DNA from: Octopus bimaculoides
Taxonomy: Eukaryota
Assembly (NCBI RefSeq): GCF_001194135.2
Contig: NC_068999.1
Coordinates: 40,177,421-40,241,420 of the forward strand
Direction of reading: 5' to 3'
DNA length: 64,000 bases
The notes under the pieces were generated by a model. That model did not search any database. It was not told the origin of the DNA and was given only the letters and a program-made list of their open reading frames with translations. Within the stretch, counting starts at the first letter, position 1; every line of letters starts with the position of its first letter. The position numbers were made by a program, and so were the translations under genes. Positions 1-14,545 of this stretch are shown piece by piece.

Positions 1-1374
1 CCTTCGATCAGAGAAATATGGAGGAAACATCTTTTTTTTTCGTTTAGTTTCTATATTCCTTATTCATAATATCAAATTATTAACTTCAATAACAGTCATA
101 TTTGATAATTCAGGTACAGCAATACACTTATTTGTATTCTGTCTGAAGAATAAGAAAATTAGACAAAAAGAAAACATACAACAGTATTTCTAAAAATATC
201 TATCTACATATATTTTCAAACGTTCAAGCAATTTGAGGTAACAGAAAAGAATTACATTTTTCTCTATATTAACCACCACTTGACATTCAGCATTGTTATT
301 TCATTTTATTGTACTTTTATGTATCTATATATTTATTTACCTATATTTTTTTCGTTCATTTGTTGTTTTTTTTTTATTTTGTTCTGTTCAGGCTCGGCAA
401 TATCTAATTCAAACATCGTAATGGAGTTGATTAGTTTTAGTAATGACTTCTTTCTTAGCTCACTCAAAGTTTCTTAATTTTTTTCAATTGGTTGAAAAAT
501 ATGACTTGATGGTCTTAATCTATTTCTCAAAAACTGTGAAAATTATTGAAGTATAGCTTTTGAGATGAAGAGAAATTGCACGACTGTTGGCAGTGTATTG
601 GGAATCAAACCTATTTTGTGTGTATGAGCGTGTGAATGTGTGTGTATTTGGGTGGGTAATTTACCTTTGTTATTGCGGTTAAAACATAGTTGTCTATAGA
701 CATATACCTTTCTACGGAAATGTTGAATCCTATGAATCGTTTCCTTATGTACATTTGTTCTGCTAAAATATTGTGCATAACACGTTATGCTGTCACAGTT
801 GGTACTGTATTCAATCACTAATTAAGTTTGTCTTTTTATACACTTTATGCTTCCTAAACCTGGGTAAATAAAAACAATATTACAAATTCGTTTCTCTCAT
901 CCATCGTAGTTTACATTTTGTAAACTAGTATTTACTTTCCTTCCGTTCCTGCTGAGAAAGCTGTGAAGTGACGCCAGAAAATGGAGTTTCTCGATCACTG
1001 ATTTGAAACCTGGAACTCTTAGTATCTACAGTGTTATTATCCATCAGATACTGTCATCCTCAGGGTAGTCGAGTATGGGATTTTCTTCGAGTGGTGTTAA
1101 ACTGTAATTTATAATTATATTTTAAACTTAAATTTAGTTCTTTTCTTTAATACATTTCTTCAACCTTTCCATAAACGTTTTTAGGCTACCTTGTTGGTTG
1201 AAGTAACTTCTGTGAGGAAAGTAAACAGCATTGTTTTCAACATGATTCACGTATCTCTTTCTGTATTTAGCATTCGTTTCCATTATTATAATTTTACAAT
1301 AACTATATATATACACAAATATATTTGTGTGTGTACGTGTGTGTAATGTGTGTGCATACATTATATATGTATGT

Positions 1375-1414
<40 letters not shown>

Positions 1415-1607
1415 ATATGTATATGTGTGTGCGTGTATGTGTATATACATACATATATANNNNNNNNNNNNNNNNNNNNNNNNNNNNNNNNNNNNNNNNN
1501 NNNNNNNNNNNNNNNNNNNNNNNNNNNNNNNNNNNNNNNNNNNNNNATATATATATATATATATATATATAATACAGTGAGATTAAGACAGAAACGGAGA
1601 GAGAGGA

Positions 1608-1667
<60 letters not shown>

Positions 1668-2124
1668 TAGAGAGAGAGAAAAGAGGGAGACAACCCTGCC
1701 TTCCGGCTTTCTTGATACGGATAATCTAATCGCCCTGTCTTGGCTTATACGTTGTGCATTTTAAATGACGTCATTATTTTCTTATATCACTTTCTTTCTA
1801 GTCTTGCTAATTGACTTAGCTTTCAGTTGTACTCTGTCTCGTTCATTAATTTCTTAATCATCAGTAAGGTCTGTCGTTGGTCTAATTCTCTTATCTTCGT
1901 TTCCTTATTTAACAATATATATTTATATTGTTTTTCGTCTGTGTGGCTTTGGTGCATTTCTCCAAATCTAATTCCATGCTAATTTCCCCACAGAATCTTA
2001 CCTCTCCAAGAGTTTTCAGTTGTTTATCGTTTACAGCATGCCGTCAACATAGATTGCCAATATAGCCAACATGAACGATTACTACGTCTGTACGTCTGCT
2101 ATTATTTCACAGTATGGATAGTAT

Positions 2125-2183
2125 TTTTATTGATATTGTTACTATTGTTGTTGTTGCTGTTATCGTCATCATCAGCATTATTA

Positions 2184-2268
<85 letters not shown>

Positions 2269-2288
2269 CATCATCATTATTATTATTA

Positions 2289-2337
<49 letters not shown>

Positions 2338-2372
2338 CATTATTACTGTTGTTGTTGTTATTGTTATTACTA
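2125..2372. repeat. (ATT)n/(GTT)n/(ATC)n compound microsatellite; reads (AAT)n on the minus strand as the tail of the adjacent retroelement
   Basis: Long trinucleotide array directly abutting the 3' end of the minus-strand RLE element. Confidence 0.95.
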
Positions 2373-2374
2373 TT

Positions 2375-3195
2375 AGAGCGTGTTTTTACTGATCACCCGA
2401 GCGGAAGTCAACGATCCGTTCAGTGCGTGTATTATTTAGTTTGGGTTTTGTATAATCTACTGCGTTTAATGAAGTCTATTTAAATATGAGTGCACGATCA
2501 AAAAGCTTTATTTCCTGTGCGTTGCGTATATTTATGCTTCTGAGGGTTTTGCAAATGCATTTATCTATATCGTATTTTGACCATTTAAAGAGCAGCTCCT
2601 GTTTGCTCTTCCTGTATTCTCGTCAATTTCAATTCCAAATTCTAATGATTTGGATAATTTCACCCATTCCTTTCAGTTGTATATTATTATCCAATATGAA
2701 TAGTGACATTGATTAGGAAGTACTTGTCTTTAACAACATTTTTCACTCAACTTATTTTAATCGCCATTACTGTGTGGATTGGCAAATTCCAGACTCTAGT
2801 TCTTTTGCAAATTTCTGAGCACACTTTCTCGCGTAGGATATGATCACCTCATTGCCGCTGGTATATTTTCTATTCTATGCTTGGACCAACGCCCTATGGT
2901 CTTTAAACGAATTTTCTCTTGACACTAAATGGCTAACCAGAGACAATGATATTACATGGACCGTCTCAATAAACATGTCTTCTACACTTACTGAATGTGT
3001 TCTGCTTCATTATATGCCCGTTGTTTGGGATTTTTTTGTCACAAATGAGATACCTTCAGGCTAATCTTTGATCGACGTCTTTCCCAAGCTGTATTGCGAA
3101 TTTTGCTTTATATATTTTCCACTGCTTAATTTTATGTAGCATTTATAATGTAGGGACTTTTCTAGTTATCGCTTTAGCTTAGCTTTCTTTAGATA
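2375..3195 (-). mobile_element. Degenerate R4/Dong-like non-LTR retrotransposon 3' end (zinc knuckle, RLE domain, 3' UTR)
   Basis: Manual minus-strand translation across frameshifts and stops: GHIMKQNTFSKCR..NIIVSG*PFSVKRKFV*RP*GVGPSIE*KIYQ (CCHC knuckle remnant); VWNLPIHTVMAIKIS*VKNVVKDKYFLINVTIH/DNNIQLKG/LSKSLEFGIEI (like WDFPIHTDRxIxANRPDIVVKD..LIDxxxPxDNNI..LSKYKDLEIEI); GAAL*MVK..IDKCI..QEI. The 3' UTR motif matches the copy at 14.6 kb. Confidence 0.8.
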
Positions 3196-3718
3196 TATTT
3201 TTATTATAACTTTAGAATATTTTATCACTTTAGTTGTTTTTCCCATATATTCCCATTTTCATTTCGGTGCATTTTACTGTGACTCCTGCTGTGATATTTG
3301 GTTTTGAATCACGTCTGAAAATACTGTAACTATTTGCTATCAAATTAAAGGAGGAAAGGCAATGTCGACCACGAATGAGTTGCCGTGCTGATTCTACCAG
3401 CCAGCTGCCTTAATGATATTCATGACGATAATGATATCAACAATAATAATAATAACAGCAACAACATCAATAGTGATGATGAGGATGATGATGGTGATGT
3501 GTCTCTAGAAATAATGTGAATTTTTTCCGTCACCTTTGTATTGCAAGAGAGTTAAAACCTTTCAGATTCTTTCATTTTTCGGTTCAACATATTGAAAAGG
3601 GATCGCTGAATGCGGCAGGCACTTATATATATATATGAGTTAGATGTATCCTTTAATCGGGCAATGTTTTTCGGCAATACATTATATATTCTCATGAAAG
3701 AGATAATATAACTCTATC

Positions 3719-3845
3719 TTTACGTTCTGAGTTCAAATTCCACTGAGGTCGACTTTGCCTTTCATCCTTTCGGGCTCGATAAATTAAGTACCAGTTGCGT
3801 GCTAGGGTCGATAAAATCGACTGGCCCCTCCCCCCAAATCTCGGA
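3719..3845 (+). mobile_element. tRNA-derived SINE family A (B-box to 3' region)
   Basis: B-box GAGTTCAAATTCC followed by GGTCGACTTTGCCTTTCATCCTTTCGGGCTCGATAAATTAAGTACCAG; the block recurs about ten times in the window. Confidence 0.9.
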
Positions 3846-5090
3846 AGTAGGACGTAAATTTTGTCACCTTTCTCGAGTGATTTTGGTTGTGACCTACGGC
3901 ACATTCACTGAGATGGGTAGAGAATATTTCAAAACTTTTGCTGCTTATTGCAATCGCGATACTTTTCCAATTACCCTCGGACATTACCCCGCAAAGAAAG
4001 CCTACAAATTTCAGGCTAAAATCAATTATTTCCAAATGATGTCGTCGATGTTTTAGAGTACCTCCCACATGAAATTTCAGCTATATTACTTTTTTTTAAT
4101 TTCTAAAGTGATTTCTTCTCTGAATATTATTGCATTCTACAAAGATTTTAACCAATGTTATCATTTTATCATAAAATACGCCTGCGCAGGCATATATTAC
4201 TATTTAATACCTTACTAAACGTGACTTTAAATTTGCTGCAACAAATCTAATTTTTACGACATCATTTGTATCTCTGCGCTGTTTTGAAAAGCTGTAGATG
4301 TCAAACTTAAAAGCAGTTCATTACCATTACATCACATATATATTTATATGAGTTTAATGTGAATGTGACCAACCTGTAATATTTAGAAAGTTAATTTAGC
4401 AAATCGAATCAAATATCGGACATAACATTGAACACATTCCTCCACATAATATATTAATCTAATTTAAACATTTTTTAACCGAAGACCAAATATATATATT
4501 TTAGCCGTTTCTTCAAGTATTATTAATTTCCTGAGGATATGTTAATCTCAGATTTAACTATGTCCTTTACTTTTTTTCTGTTTTCCTTTATTTTACCCAC
4601 TCAACCTTCAGTTTTATATTTTTATTATTTATTCCACTTCTAAATGCATAAGTTGCATTATTTATTCCACTAAAGAACTAAGTGAGAATTTCAATACATT
4701 ACCGGCATTTTAAATGCTGATGTTTAGCATCAACCTTTATAGATTTAAAATTTGTCTCTTAAATTTCACTTACAACACACTGTACGTAACCACATTATAA
4801 GTGTTTCTTCCTGTAAGACTAAACGTTTTGTAACAGAACGAGATAATTGAGAAGAAAGAGACTGAAACGACATTAGCATAAATGTTTAGAGATACCATAG
4901 CAAATCTCTTTAATTAATTGATGTCTATTTTATAATTCATTCGACAGATACTTCTTTTGTAATGGTTTCGAGTACATCACAGAAAAAAAGAAAAGGAAAA
5001 TAGCATGTTTCATAAATAATAGTGTTCAGCATTCCAACTATAACATGCAATGAGACAGACATATATGCATATATATTATATATATTTATC

Positions 5091-5121
<31 letters not shown>

Positions 5122-5382
5122 NNNNNNNNNNNNNNNNNNNNNNNNNNNNNNNNNNNNNNNNNNNNNNNNNNNNNNNNNNNNNNNNNNNNNNNNNNNNNNN
5201 NNNNNNNNNNNNNNNNNNNNNNNNNNNNNNNNNNNNNNNNNNNNNNNNNNNNNNNNNNNNNNNNNNNNNNNNNNNNNNNNNNNNNNNNNNNNNNNNNNNN
5301 NNNNNNNNNNNNNNNNNNNNNNNNNNNNNNNNNNNNNNNNNNNNNNNNNNNNNNNNATATATATATATATATATTTATATAC

Positions 5383-5440
<58 letters not shown>

Positions 5441-5975
5441 ATATATATATATATATATATATATTTTTGAGGATGGTGAAAGTGGTAACAAAAACAGGAC
5501 AGTACCTCACGCAGGCACGCACACACAAACACATATGTGTATGCGGAAAGGAGTGGAAAGAGGTTATGCAATTATAGGATTGTTATAAATCCATAAGAAG
5601 AATCTCATTTCACAGTAAAATATATTTTGTGTTATTTTAATTATTTTATTCATGTCCTCATAAAATTTTCTTTTAGTCATATTCAAATTCGCAATATAAG
5701 TTCAGTTCTATTATTTTGTAAAGTACAATAGACGTCTACAGTTACCCTTGTTGTTATATTCATTCCTTCTGACTGCTTCTCTCTCAAACATCTAATATTA
5801 CAAATAATTATATGATCGGTATTTTATCGTAACATTGTTAAAACTTCAGCAATTCAAGTTACGCCCACACTAAAAGTTATAATTTGGAATTGTCTCTACA
5901 GATCTCTCTTTCTCTGTCTCTCTCCCCACCCTATCTCTGTCTCTCTCTCTGTCTCTCTCTGTCTCTCTCTCTGTC

Positions 5976-6016
<41 letters not shown>

Positions 6017-6187
6017 NNNNNNNNNNNNNNNNNNNNNNNNNNNNNNNNNNNNNNNNNNNNNNNNNNNNNNNNNNNNNNNNNNNNNNNNNNNNNNNNNNNN
6101 NNNNNNNNNNNNNNNNNNNNNNNNNNNNNNNNNNNNNNNNNNNNNNNNNNNNNNNNNNNNNNNNNNNNNNNNNNNNNNNNNNNNNNN

Positions 6188-6259
<72 letters not shown>

Positions 6260-6420
6260 GGGTTCTACAAAGTAATGGAAACATCTTAAAATGTCGAACA
6301 ATTTATCTAAATATGGGGTAGGACTGCCTTTGGCAGTAATTACAGCTTGAATTCTATGAGGTATCGACTATATAAAAGGCATAGATACATACGATGCGAA
6401 CCCGTACAGACACACAAACG

Positions 6421-6560
6421 GTGGATTTGGTAGGAGTGAAAGAAACCCGTCGTATGTGTGTGTGTGTGTGTGTGTGTGCGCGTACGCGAGTGTATGTGTG
6501 TGCGCGCGCATGTGTGTGTGTGTACACTCACGCGTGTGTACGTGTGTACGTGTGTTTCTG
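6421..6560 (+). mobile_element. SINE family B fragment running into (TG)n
   Basis: GTGGATTTGGTAG..GAAAGAAACCCGTCGTAT matches the middle of the full copy at 57.5-57.9 kb and continues into a TG array. Confidence 0.6.
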
Positions 6561-9120
6561 GGTCTTTTATCGTGAAAAGGTGTGCTCTCCTCGTTATAAA
6601 TTGTAACTTCATCATCATACATGCGTGGGTTCTCCAGACGGCACATAGTGTCATGGAACAAGGTGCTCTATTTCAGGATTCTCTTTACAAATCAGTATAA
6701 AAGTTCACAAAAGTGAGCTGTTTTGGACAATTTTCTTTCTCTGTCCTTTGTGCGAAATTCGGCAGTGTGGAACATGTAAGGGCTCAAAGTGTTCTTCATC
6801 TCTTCACGAGTAAATAGTAAAGCAGAACGAATTGCTAAAGGTGGGTACACATTCTTGCAGCTCTCATATATATATATTGGTAAACGTGTTTGCATGAACA
6901 TATGTAAATTTTTCTATATTTGTAAATACATACAGGAAAATGTGTGCGTACATGACTTTGACTAAGTTTATATGCGCATGAAAATGTTTTTGCATTGTAG
7001 AAACAAAAGGTCGACTGTTATTGAATAAAGTAATATCCTCGTGGTATTCTGTTTATTAAATATTCTTTCACGATCCACTATGTTATTCTCATATTACTTT
7101 TGCATCGACTCTCATAAATACATATAACACATACAAGGTTTCTTCAACTCCATAAAATGGATCTAAATCGTAAACTATTCTTACAAATATAATATCCTTG
7201 TGCAGACACGCATCAGCATATCTACCTTTATCGGAGCGTGTATAAAGTTGTTACAAAGAACGGAATGTTATGATTATATTTAAAAATAAATACAATTCTA
7301 AAAGACATAAATATATACATATATGTATGTAACTTTTTTAATGCGAAGAACAAATACACTGGTGAACATATGACTTATGTAGTGTTCTACAAACTCCTTT
7401 GTATTTGAATATATTTGAATATAATTACGTTTTTCTATACCTCTGAGCACGCGTTTATGTGTGCAGTGCTTGTGTATGTCAGTATACGACGTTTCATTGT
7501 GATTGAACGTGTGTATATTCTTTTGTACTCGTCTATACAGAGTCGTTAACGTTAATACAAAAGATTATATTCATACTGTGCGCAGGCAATAAATCAATAA
7601 CCAAATCAAAGGGAAATACACATACATACATCTACACACACTTTAAGATACATAGATCCCTAAACATACATACACCCCCTCCACAAACAAATATATACAT
7701 ATATATGTTTATGTATTCCTGCGCGTAAGCACTAATGATATAAGGTATCGANNNNNNNNNNNNNNNNNNNNNNNNNNNNNNNNNNNNNNNNNNNNNNNNN
7801 NNNNNNNNNNNNNNNNNNNNNNNNNNNNNNNNNNNNNNNNNNNNNNNNNNNNNNNNNNNNNNNNNNNNNNNNNNNNNNNNNNNNNNNNNNNNNNNNNNNN
7901 NNNNNNNNNNNNNNNNNNNNNNNNNNNNNNNNNNNNNNNNNNNNNNNNNNNNNNNNNNNNNNNNNNNNNNNNNNNNNNNNNNNNNNNNNNNNNNNNNNNN
8001 NNNNNNNNNNNNNNNNNNNNNNNNNNNNTATATATATGTATATATATATATATATATATATACATATATATGTTTATGTATTCCTGCGCGTAAGCACTAA
8101 TGATATAAGGTATCGAATCGGAAGAGAATGAAATCCCAACAGCCATGATTCTTTGAGATGATCAGCAAATAACTATTGCTTATAAGCTATTGTTCCAACC
8201 TAGATTGCTTTCCAACTCTATTTTCTTTCGCTTTTATTAATGATATGGATCGAGCTACGTTGAATGGATTGAGCGATAGTGTATAAACCGGATCAATGCC
8301 AATCTTCCTTAAAATGTGTATTGGAACATAGACAACAAAAGTAAGATCTCACCCCCATTCTTATTGTTTCCTTAACTGTTAATCTTCTAGAACAATTCTC
8401 ATTTATATTCAAACACCAAATTTTATTGTGTGCAGGAATTGCACGTTCCATTTCTATATATGAGTAAGTGTGCGCGTATGCGTATATACATATGATATAT
8501 ATATATATATATACATATATACACATATATTATACATATATATATGTATTCATATATGTATCTATGTATATATGTATCACTATATATGTATTTATCGACC
8601 AGACTACCAGACAACCTATTTTCATACATCTACCTAGACGTATATACATGCAAACATACAGACACGCTCACTCACACTCACACGCACTTACGTACATACA
8701 CACATATACGTACACGATTATGAAATGAGCTCTATGAGCACATATTTTCATGTTTCATACCTATCATTTGATGTCAAAATTAATTTTCCGATAATTTTAC
8801 AACGCATTAATATAATTCCTACCAGAGAAGCAATTGAACTACAAAACGTTACTAAGATAAATTACAGAATGATTGCTAAGTTTAAAGACACATTTGGAAT
8901 TTTGGTTAAACAACTCTACCGTTAGTTCTATATAATCAAATATAACTAAGCTCTTCCGTCTTTCTGTTGATGTAAAATTACACATTCCTACCAATTTCTC
9001 ATTAGTTAGAATTTACAATATCTTCTCGTATTAGAAAAAATATTGTGGCCTTGAATTCTTTTATAAGGTAGGAAAACATGTTTTGTTGAGAATCCTAGTT
9101 GTTAAGATATTATAAAAATC

Positions 9121-9305
9121 TGGTGACAATGCTTGCCGGCACTTCGTGCGTTTTTACGTTTTTTACGTTCTGATTTTCAAATCCAACCGCGGTCGACTTT
9201 GCCATTTATCATTTCAATGTCAATAAAATAAGCAGCAGCTGAGCTGTGGAACTGATATAACCGACAAACTACCTATCCCAAAATTGTTGGCTTCGTACCA
9301 AAATA
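9121..9305 (+). mobile_element. Degenerate SINE family A
   Basis: TTACGTTCTGATTTTCAAATCC..GGTCGACTTTGCCATTTATCATTTC..CAATAAAATAAG, homologous to 3719-3845. Confidence 0.75.
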
Positions 9306-11252
9306 GGTAACCAATATGTATTTACGAATTAGGTAATCAGTCGCGGTTTTTGATTTTATTGCCATGTTAGACCAATTAAAAGATTGCTTTTCCATCATTC
9401 AGAGAAGTTAGAAGTCAGGAGACAGCTTCTTCTTCCTGCTATCAATAAGATAATAATAGATTTAGGTCGATTTTTCCTTACACACCTTTACCTATTCTTT
9501 CAGAGTCTTGCATAAACACAATCTGGACTAACACTTAATATACAATAATGGTCCTTGATAATGTTAACGTAAACTAAATGATATATTAAATCATATAAAT
9601 GAATATGCCGTTGATTATTTCTTGGTATGACAAAGTATCAGTGAAATGTTTCTTAGAAATATATTTCTTTCAGTTTCGCTGATAGATAATTAAGAATTGA
9701 TGACCACTAAACACGTAAGGTGCTAAAATCTCGGCCCAAAGTTTTACAAATAATTAGCAAACCGAATACATAAGACATTTTGTTTGCTTGAAATGTATTT
9801 TTCTGTCATCACAGACGACATAACAGTAATTGGAAGAACTATAACACTATATTTCATGTCTGCACCAAATCGGGTAAACAGAAATTTCATAAATATATTA
9901 GTCGATGCAAACACTTCAATTTCTGCAAGTTATATAAATGATTGTGTAGCATGTCTTTTCCTGTAAATGTAATCATGTATAAGCTCTGAGCAAAAATAAT
10001 TACCTATAATAAAGCTTATATTGAATTAACTGCAAATAAATATTAAGAGAGTGATCCATTATCATTATATTTCGTTTTTGTATTTGGTTTGCAATATTCT
10101 TTATGTGAATTCGTGTGTTGAAGTATATTTTGATTTGTCTCTTGAGTGTCATTCTCTTTTAGTGACTTATTTAACACAGGAACCAGAGCGATTTCCATTC
10201 ATTTACTTATCGATTTTTTTCTCAAGTTTTTTTACGTCTTTCAACCTCTTCAATAGTCGTTTGAAGAGGTAGCCAGACGTAACGAAAATTTTAAGAACAC
10301 ATATGTAAATGAGGAGAAATCGAACCGGTGCGTGTGTTAAGTAATAGAGCATTAAAAGAGAATATATCACCCCAGACACAATAAAATACAGTATCACAAG
10401 GGTTTATGGGAATTAAGAACCAAATATTCTATCTTCATACTCCAGCGATTTAGTGAAATGAATTCTTTTTTCAAAAGCAAAACCTCCTACTCCAAGTAAG
10501 AAACCATGCGTTCTATGTACTTCAGAAGCACTTGAATTACCCTTGTCAAAGATAAAACTTTTTGAAATCATGAAATATGAAAACATATTTCCAATTTCAA
10601 TGAATTTTGCAAACAAATGCTTATGTTGCTCTGATGCTTTGATGCTAAGTACATCATGTGTCACAAATATATGTACCATTGAATATATGTTTCATATCTT
10701 AATACTGTTCGCCCCAAAACATTTCTTACTTAGCAATTACAATTTAAAGTATGTCGTTTCTATTTTGAGTATTCTTTTTTTTTCCTTTGTTCCTGTTTAA
10801 ATTAACTGCCTAATATTTATCACATGTTACAACATCGCTAAATTTTAAATATGCAAGAGCGATTGCATGGCACCAAATAAAATAGCTTACTAGGAATAAC
10901 GTATCCTATTTGACGGTCGCATTTTAAAGTTTTACTGCGGAAGAAATTTGAAGTGATAATCGATATATTTAATTTTACTAGTACAAGTTAAAGTTCTGCG
11001 CTTTAAACGAATTGAAATTTCGAAGGAAATTGAAGATATCATTACTGTAATGGTACTATAAACAGCTGTCATAATATCATTTCACACATTCTTAATTTGA
11101 CATATAATTCTTACTATTACATATATATGTGGGTGAGCGTGCGTGCGAGTGCGTGTGTATGTATATATTCATATATAGGGAAATGTAGATACACACAGCA
11201 TATGTATACACACATATATATAATATAGGCAGATAGATTAACACACACACAC

Positions 11253-11303
<51 letters not shown>

Positions 11304-12386
11304 NNNNNNNNNNNNNNNNNNNNNNNNNNNNNNNNNNNNNNNNNNNNNNNNNNNNNNNNNNNNNNNNNNNNNNNNNNNNNNNNNNNNNNNNNNNNNNNNN
11401 NNNNNNNNNNNNNNNNNNNNNNNNNNNNNNNNNNNNNNNNNNNNNNNNNNNNNNNNNNNNNNNNNNNNNNNNNNNNNNNNNNNNNNNNNNNNNNNNNNNN
11501 NNNNNNNNNNNNNNNNNNNNNNNNNNNNNNNNNNNNNNNNNNNNNNNNNNNNNNNNNNNNNNNNNNNNNNNNNNNNNNNNNNNNNNNNNNNNNNNNNNNN
11601 NNNNNNNNNNNNNNNNNNNNNNNNNNNNNNNNNNNNNNNNNNNNNNNNNNNNNNNNNNNNNNNNNNNNNNNNNNNNNNNNNNNNNNNNNNNNNNNNNNNN
11701 NNNNNNNNNNNNNNNNNNNNNNNNNNNNNNNNNNNNNNNNNNNNNNNNNNNNNNNNNNNNNNNNNNNNNNNNNNNNNNNNNNNNNNNNNNNNNNNNNNNN
11801 NNNNNNNNNNNNNNNNNNNNNNNNNNNNNNNNNNNNNNNNNNNNNNNNNNNNNNNNNNNNNNNNNNNNNNNNNNNNNNNNNNNNNNNNNNNNNNNNNNNN
11901 NNNNNNNNNNNNNNNNNNNNNNNNNNNNNNNNNNNNNNNNNNNNNNNNNNNNNNNNNNNNNNNNNNNNNNNNNNNNNNNNNNNNNNNNNNNNNNNNNNNN
12001 NNNNNNNNNNNNNNNNNNNNNNNNNNNNNNNNNNNNNNNNNNNNNNNNNNNNNNNNNNNNNNNNNNNNNNNNNNNNNNNNNNNNNNNNNNNNNNNNNNNN
12101 NNNNNNNNNNNNNNNNNNNNNNNNNNNNNNNNNNNNNNNNNNNNNNNNNNNNNNNNNNNNNNNNNNNNNNNNNNNNNNNNNNNNNNNNNNNNNNNNNNNN
12201 NNNNNNNNNNNNNNNNNNNTATATATATAAAGTTAAAGAAGTGATTTTAAATTCTCAATCGCAGAATAGTGCTAATAATATAGCCTGAACAGGATAAACT
12301 ATCCCTATTTTGCAGAGAAAAATGTAGGTGGCTAGCTTTGTTTATTTACGTTCGTCGTAATTTGAATTTAATATTTATATATATAT

Positions 12387-12773
12387 TGTCTGTATGAAAG
12401 TATACATTTTGCCGTGTGTATAGATTCGCTTGTACATATCTATGTGTTTATATGTGCATAGAGGTTACCCCGAATTGCAATGGTGTTAGGTGCTAATAGA
12501 TGTAATTCGTTGAGACACAAGCATGAAATAAAGTGTCTTGCTCAAGGACACGACGCCACTTGATATGGCACTCACGAACTTACTATTGTGAGCTTAATAT
12601 CCCAACAACTACGTCATGCACCTTCATTATACACATATATGTATGCGTGTCTGTCTGTATGAAAGTATACATTTTGCCGTGTGTATAGATTCGCCTGTAC
12701 ATATCTATGTGTTTATATGTGCATACAGGTAGCCCCGAATTGCAATGGTGTTAGGTGCTAATAAATGTAATTC
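12387..12773. repeat. 122-bp direct duplication (12387-12508 and 12652-12773) bracketing a SINE fragment
   Basis: Manual alignment: 122 nt, 5 substitutions, no indels. Confidence 0.95.
12520..12625 (-). mobile_element. tRNA/CORE-type SINE family C head
   Basis: AAGTGTCTTGCTCAAGGACAC is the reverse complement of the CORE-like GTGTCCTTGAGCAAGACACTT. Confidence 0.7.
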
Positions 12774-14324
12774 AAAACCCTCATCCGTTGAGAAGCAGCA
12801 TATATAGACAAACATAATTGGATAAACAGGTTTTAAAAGTGAATGTGGACTTGATTCAAATATTGTTTAAACATGTGCTCTTATTTAATTTAACATAGTA
12901 GAATGTAATCTATTTCTATTCTACATTGAATCCACTCTGTTAACGATTTTTATAATTTCCTATAAAACTGTAAATTAACTCCGTTTTTAAATAAACAGAA
13001 GCTGTATATCTGTGAGGAAAACTTGTTTCTAATTCTTTATATAATTGCGAATAAATGGAGAGAAGTCAATACTTACGTAATTATCTCTCTCAGTTAGTAT
13101 GTGTAAATAAGGTATGTTATTACATTTTGATTATTTTAAGTGTACATAAGCAACATCGCCTATTTCACATTTCATTATCTTCCGTATACTACTTCGACAA
13201 AATTCTTTCAGTATTATATGCAAAATTTGCATCTACCAATAGCAAATAAATCTCCTATGGTTCTAATAAAATCGTTTAATTAAGAAATAAGTATGCTTTC
13301 ACATGTATTAAAATCTTTAAAACATTTACTAGTTCACTCTTTTAAGTGTCATCCTCTCTGAGTCTACGGTCCTGCTGGGGTTATTAACAAATTCTCATTT
13401 AACTAATGCAAAAAGTTATTTTTATCTTTCAATGCATGTGTCAAAGTTATTTAACTGGCTTTGCTTTACTTGTTGAGTACACAAACTGTTACAATGATCA
13501 ATAATTGAAAAATATTTTTTGAGAAAAATTTCACCAACACATGTAAAGCCATCCACCCAAAAACTCTCAAACACACACACTCGTACGCACACTAACACAC
13601 ACAAAGACACTAATGTGTGTGTGTGTGTGTGTGTGTGCGCGTTGAGTATGTTTTTGTATATGTGCGTACTTTTAGCACAGTACCAGTACCAGGGCGAATA
13701 CTGCAGTATTCGTCGTAACAGTGACACATCTACGTTAAGTAGAATATAAATATTGTTATTCGATATCAATTCCGATTCGCTAATATGTGTGTGTGTATTT
13801 TCGCTCTGAAGAAGCGATTACGTCTAACTCACAATGTGAAGCGTCAAATGATAACCTCAGTTTCAGCAGTCTGATTAATCACCGGAAACACATTGTCTCA
13901 ATGCACTTGTGTACGGATCTGCCCGTAGTGTTGATCCAAATTTTGCTCGAGTTCATTCAAAGTACCATTTTGTCGATCGCTTTTGCGCGTGACAAAAGTG
14001 ACTGGACGGGACTGAATTAGTTGGGGAGTGGAGTTAAATTTCCTTTGAGCCGAAGGTTTCGTAACATTATTTCCTCATGCTCCGAATGAAGTGAAAACTG
14101 AAAGTAAAGAGCGTGCACTCTCTTCTGCTAACTTTCCTTGAATATAAATGATTGTCAACTGTGCGGAGAGAATGTATTTCATTTCAGTGTGACTTTACTT
14201 TGGATACCTCAACTGAAAGAGGTTACTTCTTGGTATTAACTGCAATCTTGCTTCTGGGTGTTTCTATAATTGGTGTACATGATTCACGTGATTATCTGGT
14301 GATTATCACGTGATTATCCGATTT

Positions 14325-14545
<221 letters not shown>

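Noticed and set aside
4180-4191. 12-bp palindrome GCCTGCGCAGGC (NRF1-like)
   Set aside because: Isolated motif with no promoter context.
7691-8116. Identical 61-nt sequence on both sides of an N-gap (7691-7751 and 8056-8116)
   Set aside because: 100% identity, contig-end position and a neighbouring TA tract point to unmerged contig or haplotype overlap rather than a real duplication.
10244-10270. 10-bp perfect hairpin ACCTCTTCAA/TTGAAGAGGT
   Set aside because: A stem this short is expected by chance in 64 kb of AT-rich DNA.
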